DNA of 64,000 nucleotides from an uncultured Chthonomonadaceae bacterium (GTDB taxonomy: Bacteria > Armatimonadota > Chthonomonadetes > Chthonomonadales > CAJBBX01). Positions 1 to 9,067 of this stretch are shown here, one piece after another (positions within the stretch are counted from its first letter, which is position 1; each line of letters begins with the position of its first letter). Location: assembly GCA_964396385.1 (NCBI GenBank), contig CAYNFH010000003.1, positions 12,178 through 76,177 on the forward strand, in the 5' to 3' direction. A program made the position numbers and the translations under genes. The notes below the pieces were generated by a model. It was not told the DNA's origin, ran no database searches, and worked only from the letters and a program-made list of their open reading frames with translations.

Positions 1-1486
1 CCGTCCCCGTGCTGGAGACGTAGAGGTCGACCGGGATGGGCCCTGCGATGGAGAGGTCCGAATCCAGCGGGCCGGTCTGGTAGACCAGCACGTCCGGCCG
101 GTGGGCGGCAAAGCGCTGGTCCTCGATGAGGTACTGGTTGACGTGGCGGCTGCGCTCCGGCTGCGTCGCCAGGGCCGTATACGGCACCGGTTTGTCGGGG
201 TCGCTCAGGTACTCATCGAAGGCGGGACCGGCGCCCGCGGGCGGTCCGGTGTTCAACTGGCCGGCAATGCCCAGGTACAGGGAGCGGGAGGTTACATTCC
301 TCGGCGGCCAGGAGTCGAGCCGCAGCCAGCGGTTGGAGCCGGTCTGGAACGCCAGGACCCTGGGCTGTGGAGCGGCGCCCCCATCCTTCAGGTAGTAGTT
401 GAAGAACGGTCGCTCCACATTATCCCGGAAGTACGGGCCCGTGGGGTCGCCGAACGTGATGTCGCCCAGCCGGTCCCCCGCCCCGCCGGCCCATCCGCCG
501 TGGACCCACGGCCCCATCACCAGCATGTTGGGGGTGCCGGGATCCTGCTTCTGAATCGCCTCGTGCACGTGCAGCGCGCCGTACATGTCCTCCGCGTCGT
601 ACCAGCCGCCCACGGTCATTACGGCGCAGTGGATGTCCCGGAGGTTCGGCTCCAGCCGGCGCGCCTTCCAGTAGGCGTCGTACGTTCCGTGCTGCATCAG
701 CTCGTCCCAGAAGCCAACCTCGTGATGTAGGTACTTCTCGTCCACCGTCTTCAGCGGGCCCAGGGACAGGTACCAGTCGTACATGTCCATGGTGGGGATG
801 TTCAGCCCCGGCGACCACTCTGTGGTAGGCTTGGGACGCGGCTTGCCGAAGAAGGCGAAGAAGGGCAGCGCGTCGATAAGGAAGAAGGCGCCGTTGTGGT
901 GGAAGTCGTCGCCGATGAACCAGTCTGAGACCGGCGCCTGAGGGGACACGGCCTTCAGCGCCGGATGGGAGTCGATGGCGCCACACGCCGCGTAGAAGCC
1001 GGGATAGGAGATGCCCCACATGCCCACGCGGCCGTTATTGTTGGGGACGTTCTTGATGAGCCAGTCGATGGTATCGTAGGTATCGGTGCTTTCGTCGATC
1101 TGGCCCGTGGCGTGGGGACCGGCGTGCTCCGGGCGGACGTTGACGTACTCCCCCTCCGACATGAACCTGCCCCGCACGTCCTGGCGGACGAAGATGTAGC
1201 CGTCCTCCGCGTAGTGCGACGAATCCATGAACTGACGGGGGAACTTGTCCTCCCCGTAGGGGCCCACGCTGTACGGCGTGCGCTCCATGACGATGGGGTA
1301 CGGGTGGGAACCGTCCTTGGGCGTGTAGATGGCGGTAAAGAGCTTCACGCCGTCCCGCATGGGAATCCGCACCTCCCGCTTATCGTAGTGCTCCCGGATA
1401 TAATCTGCCCCCTGCGCGCCGGTAAGCGCAGGTGCCAGGAGGAACAGGCAGGCGAGCATGGATGCGAGCGGTCGTGCGGAAGGCAT
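1..1486 (-). CDS. CocE/NonD-family (peptidase S15, X-Pro dipeptidyl-peptidase-like) alpha/beta hydrolase, secreted; C-terminal end runs off the window
   Basis: Absent from the ORF track because it is open to the window edge. My minus-strand translation from ATG at 1486 gives MPSARPLASMLACLFLLAPALTGAQG (signal peptide), then PIVMERTPYSVGPYG, YIFVRQDVRGRFMSEGEY, GRVGMWGISYPGFY (GxSYxG nucleophile elbow) and MGPWVHGGW. Confidence 0.8.
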   Translation of the reverse strand, partial: MPSARPLASMLACLFLLAPALTGAQGADYIREHYDKREVRIPMRDGVKLFTAIYTPKDGSHPYPIVMERTPYSVGPYGEDKFPRQFMDSSHYAEDGYIFVRQDVRGRFMSEGEYVNVRPEHAGPHATGQIDESTDTYDTIDWLIKNVPNNNGRVGMWGISYPGFYAACGAIDSHPALKAVSPQAPVSDWFIGDDFHHNGAFFLIDALPFFAFFGKPRPKPTTEWSPGLNIPTMDMYDWYLSLGPLKTVDEKYLHHEVGFWDELMQHGTYDAYWKARRLEPNLRDIHCAVMTVGGWYDAEDMYGALHVHEAIQKQDPGTPNMLVMGPWVHGGWAGGAGDRLGDITFGDPTGPYFRDNVERPFFNYYLKDGGAAPQPRVLAFQTGSNRWLRLDSWPPRNVTSRSLYLGIAGQLNTGPPAGAGPAFDEYLSDPDKPVPYTALATQPERSRHVNQYLIEDQRFAAHRPDVLVYQTGPLDSDLSIAGPIPVDLYVSSTGT

Positions 1487-1571
1487 GCGGTGACTCCTAT
1501 CGTGGGGTTGCTGCGTCCTCCTTCCCCGGGAACCGGACGCAATCCTGCGGAGGCAAGTTAGGCCCCGAGAC

Positions 1572-2891
1572 TCAGGACGGTTTCGCGGCAGCGAAGGCAG
1601 GTTTGGTGTCCAGGAGTATCCCTTTGATGGCCAGCCGGTCCTGCGCGGAGAGGCGGGTGAAGTCCGGGGACTGGTCCTTGCCTGAGAGCACTTCCCACAG
1701 TCGGTGGTAGACGTACTGCCTGGCTTCCGCGGGCAAACTGTCGAACGCTTCCGAGTAGATGAGGTAGCTGCAGGGGTAGCGGAACAGCCGCTTCGTCAGG
1801 TCCAGCTCCCGAAGGGAGCGGCCGCGGTGGTCCTTGGGTCCTCTGCGCTGGAACTCGCCTCCAAAGCCGCTGGTGCCGATGACCGGCTCCGTAAGCGGCG
1901 CCTCATTCGCAAACAGCAGGCCCTTCACCAGAGGCTCGCACGCCGCTTTGATTCGAGATGTCGTGCTCTCCGAGCGGTAGTCGGCCGGCCGCTTCAGCTC
2001 CTTGTTCAGCGCCTCCTCGTACTCCAGCGCGACCCGCGTCTGGTACACCGCCTGCTCGATCAGGTTCTGCAGGTGCGTCTGGTGCTCCATCACCATGAGC
2101 GCCACGATGTCGCTGTACTTGCTCAGGTACGGCGAGGTGTCCAGGTAGCTGCTCAGGTCCGTGACGTTGGAGCCCTTCTGCGGGTCGAACGGCGCACTCT
2201 GGCGGAATACCTGGTTGCCCATGTGATACTGCCCGCCGCTCTTGCCGGTCACGTACCACCCTCCCCACCGCTCCTTCATCGGGCTCTCATCCGTCGTGAG
2301 GTAGGTGCCCTCCGTGAGGACCGGCTGGCCGTCCGGCCCGGGATAGACGCTCCGCATGATGTGGCCGGGGATGTCCCGCGTGAGCGTGGACTCGTGGCAC
2401 TGGAGGCACTCGTCCGTCTGGCGGATGAATTTTGGCGCGGTGCCCTTCTCCTGCGGGAGGACGTAGAACACGGCCCCAAACCTAGGATCCACCGCCGCCG
2501 CCTCCAGCACTCGCCCGCCCTGGACAAACCCGATGTAGACGCCGTCGTTGAATTAGAGAGCGCGGGGTGAGTCCGGGGAGATGATGTCGCGCTGGAAGCT
2601 GGTCTTGGAGAAGACGAGGGTCTGGGAGGAGACGGGTACGCCCAGCGCGTCCAGCACGGACCGCAGATAGCCCCGGCCGGCCTCGAACTGGAGCTTGACC
2701 TCGCCCTTGTCGATGCGCTGTTGGAGACGGGTTATCGCGTCGTCCGGTTTGGACTCCGAGTAGCGGATGGCGGGGTCTTCGCACAGGCGCGTCTGCTGCA
2801 CGCGCGCGGCGGCCAGGAGCGGCGCCGCTCCCGCAAGCAACCCCCCGATTATGATTCCCGCTCGTTTCCAGTTTCGCATCATGTTGCCCAT
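1572..2891 (-). pseudogene. Secreted mono-haem c-type cytochrome-like protein (CXXCH) interrupted by an in-frame TAA at 2553-2555
   Basis: Track ORFs 2553..3044(-) and 1572..2510(-) share one frame. Read-through gives ...SKTSFQRDIISPDSPRAL*FNDGVYIGFVQGGRVLEAAAVDPRFGAVFYVL..., continuous sequence across the stop. N-terminus MGNMMRNWKRAGIIIGGLLAGAAPLLAAA (ATG 2891) looks like a signal/TM segment. Haem motif is ECLQCH. Confidence 0.6.
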
Positions 2892-3019
2892 CTCTCCCGT
2901 AGCAGTACACCCACAGTATATCGGACAGCAAGGTCCAATTTCCACCGCCGGAGAACTGCTTTCTTGCTCGGCAGACTCAGCGAGCTGAGTACACCACGGA
3001 TAGATGGTAAATGGTATGG

Positions 3020-3025
3020 TACAAT
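3020..3025 (+). promoter_or_regulatory. -10-like box TACAAT 6 nt upstream of the vapB ATG (possible leaderless transcript)
   Basis: Sequence reads ggTACAATgccaccATG, with no Shine-Dalgarno between the box and the ATG at 3032. Confidence 0.35.
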
Positions 3026-3031
3026 GCCACC

Positions 3032-3295
3032 ATGCTGCGAACAACCATCGATAGAGCGGGACGGGTTGTCATCCCTAAAGTGCTCCGGGACGCGCTGAGG
3101 CTCGAGCCGGGTGACGAGCTGGACCTGGAACCGTCTGCTGGAGCGATAACCATTCGGCCGGTCCACGCACCGGCGCCGCTGGTGAAGGAGCAGGGAATCT
3201 GGGTGTATAGAGCCGGAAGGCCGCTTAGCGACCTCTCCATTCTGGACGCAATCAGTGAAGCGCGTGAGGAACGGACTAAGGACCTCCTCGGTTGA
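3032..3295 (+). CDS. vapB: AbrB/MazE/SpoVT-family antitoxin (VapB-like)
   Basis: MLRTTIDRAGRVVIPKVLRDALRLEPGDELDLE is a typical SpoVT/AbrB swapped-hairpin motif. Its stop overlaps the start of the PIN gene (TTGA). Confidence 0.8.
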   Translation: MLRTTIDRAGRVVIPKVLRDALRLEPGDELDLEPSAGAITIRPVHAPAPLVKEQGIWVYRAGRPLSDLSILDAISEAREERTKDLLG

Positions 3296-3717
3296 AGGAG
3301 TTCTTCGACACTTCGGTTCTCGTGGCCGCGCACCTGGGGGACCATCCACACCATCAGCCGAGCGTCGCCGCGCTAGCCAGTGCAGAGAAGGCCAGATCCG
3401 GATGCGCCGCGCACTCGCTGGCGGAGATCTATTCCGTTATCACGCGGTTACCCCTTCGACCTCCCATCGCGCCGGAGCAGGTCATGCTGTTCTTGGAGGA
3501 CATCCGGGAGCGGCTCGCCGTCATTCCTCTGGATGAGTCCGGCTACTTTGCCACTCTTGCAGACGCCTCTGCCCGTCGCATTACGGGGGGCCAGATCCAC
3601 GATGCTTTGATGCTGAGATGCGCGGCCAATGCCGCCGCTGAGACCATCTACACCTGGAACGTTAAGCATTTCCAGCGCATTGCCCCCGATCTCGCGGACC
3701 GCATCCGCACCCCGTAG
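3292..3717 (+). CDS. vapC: PIN-domain ribonuclease toxin (VapC-like)
   Basis: The N-terminal FFDTSVLVAA acidic motif, a 141-aa size, and coupling to the upstream AbrB-type antitoxin all fit VapC. Confidence 0.8.
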   Translation: MKEFFDTSVLVAAHLGDHPHHQPSVAALASAEKARSGCAAHSLAEIYSVITRLPLRPPIAPEQVMLFLEDIRERLAVIPLDESGYFATLADASARRITGGQIHDALMLRCAANAAAETIYTWNVKHFQRIAPDLADRIRTP

Positions 3718-3821
3718 CGAGTGGCCTAACCACTTAACAATAGCGCGCGTGGGCCGCCGCAGCAACTGTCGGAACGCCACTCGCAGGAGGGGAATCGCCC
3801 GAAATCCCCGAACAGCAGGGC

Positions 3822-5882
3822 ATGGCGGCGCAGCGCGTTTTCCACTCCCCCTATTCCCACGGCTTCATCCGCGCGGCGGTAGGCGTCCCTTCACTGCGGG
3901 TCTCTGATCCCGCCTACAACGCCGAGCAAACGCTGGCGCTCGCCCGGCGCGCCAGCGAGCAGCACGCCGCCGTCTGCCTGTTTCCGGAGCTCGGAATCTC
4001 GGCCTACACCAACGAGGATCTCTTCCACCAGGATGCCCTGCTAGATGCGACGCGGGATGCCGTGCGCCGAATCGTTCAGGAGAGCGCGAAGCTGGAGCCC
4101 GTCCTGCTGGTGGGCGCTCCCCTGCGCTTCGAGAGCAAGCTGTTCAACTGCGCGGTAGTCGTCTACCGGGGCCGTATCCTGGGGATCGTGCCCAAGACCT
4201 ACCTTCCCAACTACCGCGAGTTCTATGAGCAGCGGCAGTTCACGTCCGGGCGGGACGCCGTGAGCCAGGAGATCCCCTTCCTCGAAGCGACCGTGCCGTT
4301 CGGCAGCGACATCGTGTTCCAGGCCTCCAACGTGGAGGGTTTTGGGCTGCACGTGGAGATCTGTGAGGATGTCTGGACCCCCATTCCGCCCAGTAGCTTC
4401 GGCGCGCTGGCCGGCGCCACGGTGCTCGCCAACCTCTCCGCCAGCAACATTACAGTCGGTAAAGCGGAGTACCGCAGGGAGCTGTGCGCGCTGCAATCCG
4501 GCCGGTGCATCGCCGCCTACCTCTACTCCGCCGCCGGGCCTGGAGAGTCGACCACGGACCTGGCCTGGGACGGCTACGCCCTGATCTACGAGAACAACGA
4601 GCTGCTGGCGGAATCGGAGCGGTTCCGCAGCGACCAGCTCATCCTGGCCGACATCGACCTGGAGCGCCTGGTGCAGGACCGCATGCGCATGACTAGCTTC
4701 AACGATTCCGTCGGATATCACCTGGAGCGCATCCGGTCTATGCGCCGCGTGGAGTTCGAGCTGCGCGTCCCAACTGGCGAGATCCCGCTGATGCGGCGCG
4801 TGGAGCGGTTCCCCTACGTGCCGAGCGACCCGCGCGTGCGCGACGAGCGGTGCTTCGAAGTGTACAACATCCAGGTCCAGGGGCTGATGAAGCGGCTCCA
4901 GAGCACCGGAATCCGAAAGGTAGTCATCGGCGTTTCAGGCGGGCTGGACTCCACGCACGCCCTTATCGTGGCGGCGAAGACCATGGAGCGGATGGAGCTG
5001 CCGCTCACCAACATCCTGGCCTACACCATGCCGGGCTTCGCCACGAGCGACGTTACGAAGAGCAATGCCTGGAAGCTCATGATGGCCCTGGGGGTCACAG
5101 CGGAGGAGATAGATATCCGGCCCTCCTGCACGCAGATGCTGCGGGACATCGGCCACCCGTTCGTGGGTGGAATGCCGGTGTATGACATCACCTTCGAGAA
5201 CGTGCAGGCCGGCGAGCGGACTTCCCACCTCTTCCGCCTGGCCAACCTGCACGACGGTCTGGTGCTGGGGACGGGCGACCTGAGCGAGCTGGCGCTGGGC
5301 TGGTCTACCTACGGCGTGGGCGATCAGATGTCGCACTACAACGTGAACGCTTCCGTGCCCAAGACGCTCATCCAGCACGTCATCCGGTGGGTGGTGGATT
5401 CCGGGCAGTTCGATAAGGAGACCGGCGAGGTGCTGCAGAGCATTGTAGACACGGAGATCTCGCCGGAGCTCGTGCCGCACGAGGAGGGAGATACAGGCCA
5501 GCCCTCGCAGCGGACGGAGGAGAAGATAGGGCCGTACGAGCTGCAGGACTTTAACACCTACTACATCACCCGGTTCGGTTTCCTCCCCAGCAAGGTGGCC
5601 TACCTGAGTCACAACGCGTGGGGCGACAAGGATGCGGGAGCGTGGTCGGACCTGGTGCCGCCGGAGAAGCGGCACGCGTATGACCTGGCGACCATCAAGA
5701 AGTGGCTGGAGGTGTTCCTGTACCGCTTCTTCCGGATCAGCCAGTTCAAGCGCTCCGCCATCCCCAACGGCCCGAAGGTAGGGAGCGGCGGATCTCTTTC
5801 CCCCCGTGGCGACTGGCGCGCCCCCTCCGATTCGGAGGCCACCGTCTGGCTGGAGGAGCTGCGCCGAAATGTGCCGGATTGA
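3822..5882 (+). CDS. nadE: Glutamine-dependent NAD(+) synthetase (long form, N-terminal CN-hydrolase domain plus synthetase domain)
   Basis: 686 aa. Carries the nitrilase-type FPELGISAY...EICEDVW motifs and the ATP-pyrophosphatase P-loop GVSGGLDST. Confidence 0.93.
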   Translation: MAAQRVFHSPYSHGFIRAAVGVPSLRVSDPAYNAEQTLALARRASEQHAAVCLFPELGISAYTNEDLFHQDALLDATRDAVRRIVQESAKLEPVLLVGAPLRFESKLFNCAVVVYRGRILGIVPKTYLPNYREFYEQRQFTSGRDAVSQEIPFLEATVPFGSDIVFQASNVEGFGLHVEICEDVWTPIPPSSFGALAGATVLANLSASNITVGKAEYRRELCALQSGRCIAAYLYSAAGPGESTTDLAWDGYALIYENNELLAESERFRSDQLILADIDLERLVQDRMRMTSFNDSVGYHLERIRSMRRVEFELRVPTGEIPLMRRVERFPYVPSDPRVRDERCFEVYNIQVQGLMKRLQSTGIRKVVIGVSGGLDSTHALIVAAKTMERMELPLTNILAYTMPGFATSDVTKSNAWKLMMALGVTAEEIDIRPSCTQMLRDIGHPFVGGMPVYDITFENVQAGERTSHLFRLANLHDGLVLGTGDLSELALGWSTYGVGDQMSHYNVNASVPKTLIQHVIRWVVDSGQFDKETGEVLQSIVDTEISPELVPHEEGDTGQPSQRTEEKIGPYELQDFNTYYITRFGFLPSKVAYLSHNAWGDKDAGAWSDLVPPEKRHAYDLATIKKWLEVFLYRFFRISQFKRSAIPNGPKVGSGGSLSPRGDWRAPSDSEATVWLEELRRNVPD

Positions 5883-5992
5883 ATCGTCCCCTATTGGAAG
5901 GCAGACTGTCACTCTCACACCGAGCGGTCGTATAAAACAGACCAGCGCCCTAAGGCGTCAGCGCCCTTGTCCTTCCAAGAAGGGATACCACC

Positions 5993-6334
5993 ATGAGACG
6001 TCTGCTGTACGGCTGGACCGCATTGGCAGGCATCGGCGGCGTGCTTCTCTCCGGCGCCGCTGCCCCCGCAAAGGCGGATGACTGCGACCGCTACGACCGC
6101 TACCGCTACGAGGACGCCCGATACTACGACCGGGACTGCGACCGGGACCGGTACTATCGCGCAGACTACTACCGGGACCGCGATTGCGACCGCGATCGCT
6201 ACTACCGCACCTATTACCGGGACTGTGACCGCGACCGGTACTACCGGGGCTCCAACGTCCGGGTGGACCTGGACTTCCGCCTCGGACGGGACCGCGCCCA
6301 CATCCGGTACCACGATCGCGGGCACGGCTGGTAA
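5993..6334 (+). CDS. Small secreted Arg/Asp/Tyr-rich repeat protein (3x DCDRDRYYR)
   Basis: Signal peptide MRRLLYGWTALAGIGGVLLSGAAAPAKA/DD, then YYDRDCDRDRYYRADYYRDRDCDRDRYYRTYYRDCDRDRYYRG. I recognise no family for it. Confidence 0.55.
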   Translation: MRRLLYGWTALAGIGGVLLSGAAAPAKADDCDRYDRYRYEDARYYDRDCDRDRYYRADYYRDRDCDRDRYYRTYYRDCDRDRYYRGSNVRVDLDFRLGRDRAHIRYHDRGHGW

Positions 6335-6340
6335 GTGAGT

Positions 6341-6403
6341 GACGGCGGACGGGAGACGGACGGGTTGTAGCTCCGTCGGTCATCCGTCTTCCGTCCTCCG
6401 TCT
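6341..6403. repeat. Imperfect hairpin whose arms are tandem GACGG-type units, between convergent genes
   Basis: gacggcggacgggagacggacgg...ccgtcggtcatccgtcttccgtcctccgtc. The arms are roughly complementary. Confidence 0.6.
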
Positions 6404-6405
6404 CT

Positions 6406-7452
6406 TCAGTACCCGTGCCCGTCCGCTTCCAGCGTGACCTTGCCCCGGAACGAGTGGAAGAGATAGGTGAAGTAGCCGATCGCCAGGACGATGGCGATGA
6501 TCCACCAGGCCAGCCCTACCCGCAGCCCGATGCCTCCCGCCGCCGCGGAGAAGATGGTGAGTGAGTATGCGGGGCTCAGCGTAGACGAGAGCAGCGTAGG
6601 ATACAGCCCGGCGGCCGTCGCGCCGAGCAAGCTGGCGATGAACACGCAGGAGGCCAGGAACGCCGGAAGCTCCGCCCCCCGCCGGTGGAGCACAAGCACC
6701 ATCGCTAGGCTCCCGAGGATGATCGGCACCAGGATCCAGGTCACGGGCCGCCCGCCAATATTGTGGTAGAGGCCCGGCTGCACCGCCGCCGTCCCGATGG
6801 TAGCCAGAACGAACAGCGCCACCGTGGCGCCCCAGAGCCCTGTCACGGCCGCGCGGGCCCGCGCCTGGACCTCGCCGGCCGTCTTGTAGACCAGATACAG
6901 CGCGCCGTGGCCGGCGAGCACGACCAGCGTAAACACTCCCACCAGCACCGTGTACCAGTCCAGCACACCGGGATTGGCACCGGTGCGGAAGTCTGTAAAC
7001 AGCGGCCCGTGGAAGTAGCCCTGTGCGTCCAGCGGTACGCCACGGATGACGCAGCCCAGCGCGGCGCCAAGCACGATAGCCATCAGCAGCGAGGAGAAGA
7101 AGAAGGTCCTGTCCCAGAAGCTCCGCCAGAGCGAGTCTTCTTGCAGCGACCGGAACTCGATGGAGATTCCCCTCAGCACCAGGAGCCAGAGCACCATCAT
7201 CATCGGCATGTAGAAGCCGCTGAACCCGGCCGCGTAGGCGCGAGGGAAGGTGAAAAAGAGCACGCCTCCGCTCACGATGAGCCAGACCTCGTTGCCGTCC
7301 CACACCGGGCCGATGGCCGCTAGCACCGTGCGCCGCTCGTCATCGTTCCTGGCCACGGCCAGGTGCAGGATTCCCGCGCCGAAGTCGAATCCGTCCAGCA
7401 CCACGTAACCGGCCAGCATGAGGCAGAAGATGACAAACCAGAGAGATTCCAT
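6406..7452 (-). CDS. cydB: Cytochrome bd ubiquinol oxidase subunit II
   Basis: MESLWFVIFCLMLAGYVVLDGFDFGAGIL is the canonical CydB N-terminus. The protein is polytopic. Confidence 0.93.
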   Translation of the reverse strand: MESLWFVIFCLMLAGYVVLDGFDFGAGILHLAVARNDDERRTVLAAIGPVWDGNEVWLIVSGGVLFFTFPRAYAAGFSGFYMPMMMVLWLLVLRGISIEFRSLQEDSLWRSFWDRTFFFSSLLMAIVLGAALGCVIRGVPLDAQGYFHGPLFTDFRTGANPGVLDWYTVLVGVFTLVVLAGHGALYLVYKTAGEVQARARAAVTGLWGATVALFVLATIGTAAVQPGLYHNIGGRPVTWILVPIILGSLAMVLVLHRRGAELPAFLASCVFIASLLGATAAGLYPTLLSSTLSPAYSLTIFSAAAGGIGLRVGLAWWIIAIVLAIGYFTYLFHSFRGKVTLEADGHGY

Positions 7453-7463
7453 TTAGAACTCCG

Positions 7464-7520
7464 GTGTGGGAGTATGGGAGTATGGGCGTATGGGCGTCCC
7501 GAATCCGGCCACTCCCACAC
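7464..7520. repeat. Intercistronic hairpin/tandem-unit element between cydA and cydB (GGGAGTATGG units, loop containing GAATCCGG)
   Basis: gtgtgggagtatgggagtatgggcgtatgggcgt-cccgaatccggcc-actcccacac. It belongs to the same unit family as 23193-23265. Confidence 0.65.
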
Positions 7521-7522
7521 AA

Positions 7523-8875
7523 TCACATGGCAACGTGTGCCCCCTCGTCAACTCCCCCCGCCGCCACGGGGCCGCGGGCAATCTGCTGGACCATGAGAAA
7601 CAGGAACAGCACGCCCATCACGAAATAGAGGCCCATGAAGCCCAATGAGGTGAACGCCACGTCACCGCCGCTCACGTAGCTGGAGGTTCCTTCTGCCGTC
7701 CGCTGCAGGCCGTACACCAGCCACGGCTGCCGTCCCATCTCCGCCGCCAGCCAGCCGAACGAGGTGGCGAGGTACGGGAACGGAAAGGCCAGCATCAGGA
7801 TCCAGAGCATGGGGCGGCTTGTAGCCAGCTTCCCGCGCCACAGCAGGAAGGCCGACGCGCCCATGATCAGGATGAAGAGGGTCCCCAGTCCCACCATGAT
7901 GTGGTAGGAGTAGTAGAGCAGCTCGATGTTGTCCGGCCGCTGGTCCGGCGGGATGTCGTCGATTCCGGTCACCGTCTCTCCCAGCGAGCCGTAGGCCAGG
8001 AAGCTCAGGATGCCCGGCACAACGATGGGGTTCTCCAGCCGGCGGTTCTGCACGTCCGGCTGCCCGATGATGGCTAGCTCCGCATGGTCCCCGGTCTGGA
8101 ACTTCCCCTCCATGGCGGCCAGCGCCGATTTCTGATAGCGCGCCATCATCTTGCCGTGGAAGTCTCCCGTCGGGAACACCTGGAGCAGGCAGGCGATGAG
8201 CCCCACCGTCACACCCACCTTCAGGAACACCTGGGCATCCTCCGCGTGCCGGCCCGCCAGGGCGTAGAACGCCCCGATGGCGGCGACCACGAAGGAGGCG
8301 GTGACAACGGCCGCGCACATGTTGTGGGCGTACTGCCACAGGGCCCATGGGTTGAACAGGTATCCCCACATATCCGCAAGCTGGAGCTTCCCGCTAGTGC
8401 CCACGGCGTAGCCCACCGGGTGCTGCATGAAGGCGTCGGTGGCGATGATGAAGTAGCCGGACAGCCAGGAGCCCAGGAAGAGCATGAGGGCGGAGACCAT
8501 GTGGCCGCGCGGGCCCAACCGCTTCTCCCCGAAGAGGAACAGGCCCAGGAACGCGGACTCCGCGAAGAAGGCGAACATCCCCTCCAGCGCCAGCGTGAGG
8601 CCGATGACCCCGCCCGCGTAGTCTGAGAACCGGGCCCAGTTGGTCCCGAACTGAAACTCCATGGGGATGCCAGTGACCACGCCCACGGCGAAGTTGATGC
8701 CGAAGATCCGCGCCCAGAACCGGGCCGCGTTGTGGTACCGCTCGTCGTTCTTGCGCAGGGCGATGGCCTTCATTACCACGATGAGCAGCGCCAACCCCAT
8801 GGTGAGCTGGGGGAAGAGGTAGTGGTACGTAATAGTGAACGCGAACTGGAACCGGTCCCACGCCAGGGCATTCAT
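7523..8875 (-). CDS. cydA: Cytochrome bd ubiquinol oxidase subunit I
   Basis: The true start is the ATG at 8875 (MNALAWDRFQFAFTITYHYLFPQLTMGLA...GIPMEFQFGTNW). The track ORF to 9466 is an upstream Arg/Gly-rich extension. Confidence 0.93.
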   Translation of the reverse strand: MNALAWDRFQFAFTITYHYLFPQLTMGLALLIVVMKAIALRKNDERYHNAARFWARIFGINFAVGVVTGIPMEFQFGTNWARFSDYAGGVIGLTLALEGMFAFFAESAFLGLFLFGEKRLGPRGHMVSALMLFLGSWLSGYFIIATDAFMQHPVGYAVGTSGKLQLADMWGYLFNPWALWQYAHNMCAAVVTASFVVAAIGAFYALAGRHAEDAQVFLKVGVTVGLIACLLQVFPTGDFHGKMMARYQKSALAAMEGKFQTGDHAELAIIGQPDVQNRRLENPIVVPGILSFLAYGSLGETVTGIDDIPPDQRPDNIELLYYSYHIMVGLGTLFILIMGASAFLLWRGKLATSRPMLWILMLAFPFPYLATSFGWLAAEMGRQPWLVYGLQRTAEGTSSYVSGGDVAFTSLGFMGLYFVMGVLFLFLMVQQIARGPVAAGGVDEGAHVAM

Positions 8876-9067
8876 AGGCGGGCATACTCCTGCGGTCACA
8901 CTGCTGACGGACCCAGTATGGCCCCAGTTCCCCTCCCCCGCATCCCCTCTTCGGCGGATTCGAGCCGAACGCGCGCGAAGAATACCCTGAAGTGAGTATA
9001 TCTTGCGGCTGCCCGGACGGTTAGAATCGGCTTGCCTGCCGGACAGACCGGGTTTACGGAGGCACGG

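Noticed and set aside
6078-6338. Thr/Ala/Gly-rich 86-aa ORF in an alternative frame of the RDY-repeat gene
   Set aside because: It has no signal peptide or SD. It is the same DNA repeat read in another frame, and the 5993 frame has a proper signal peptide and start context.
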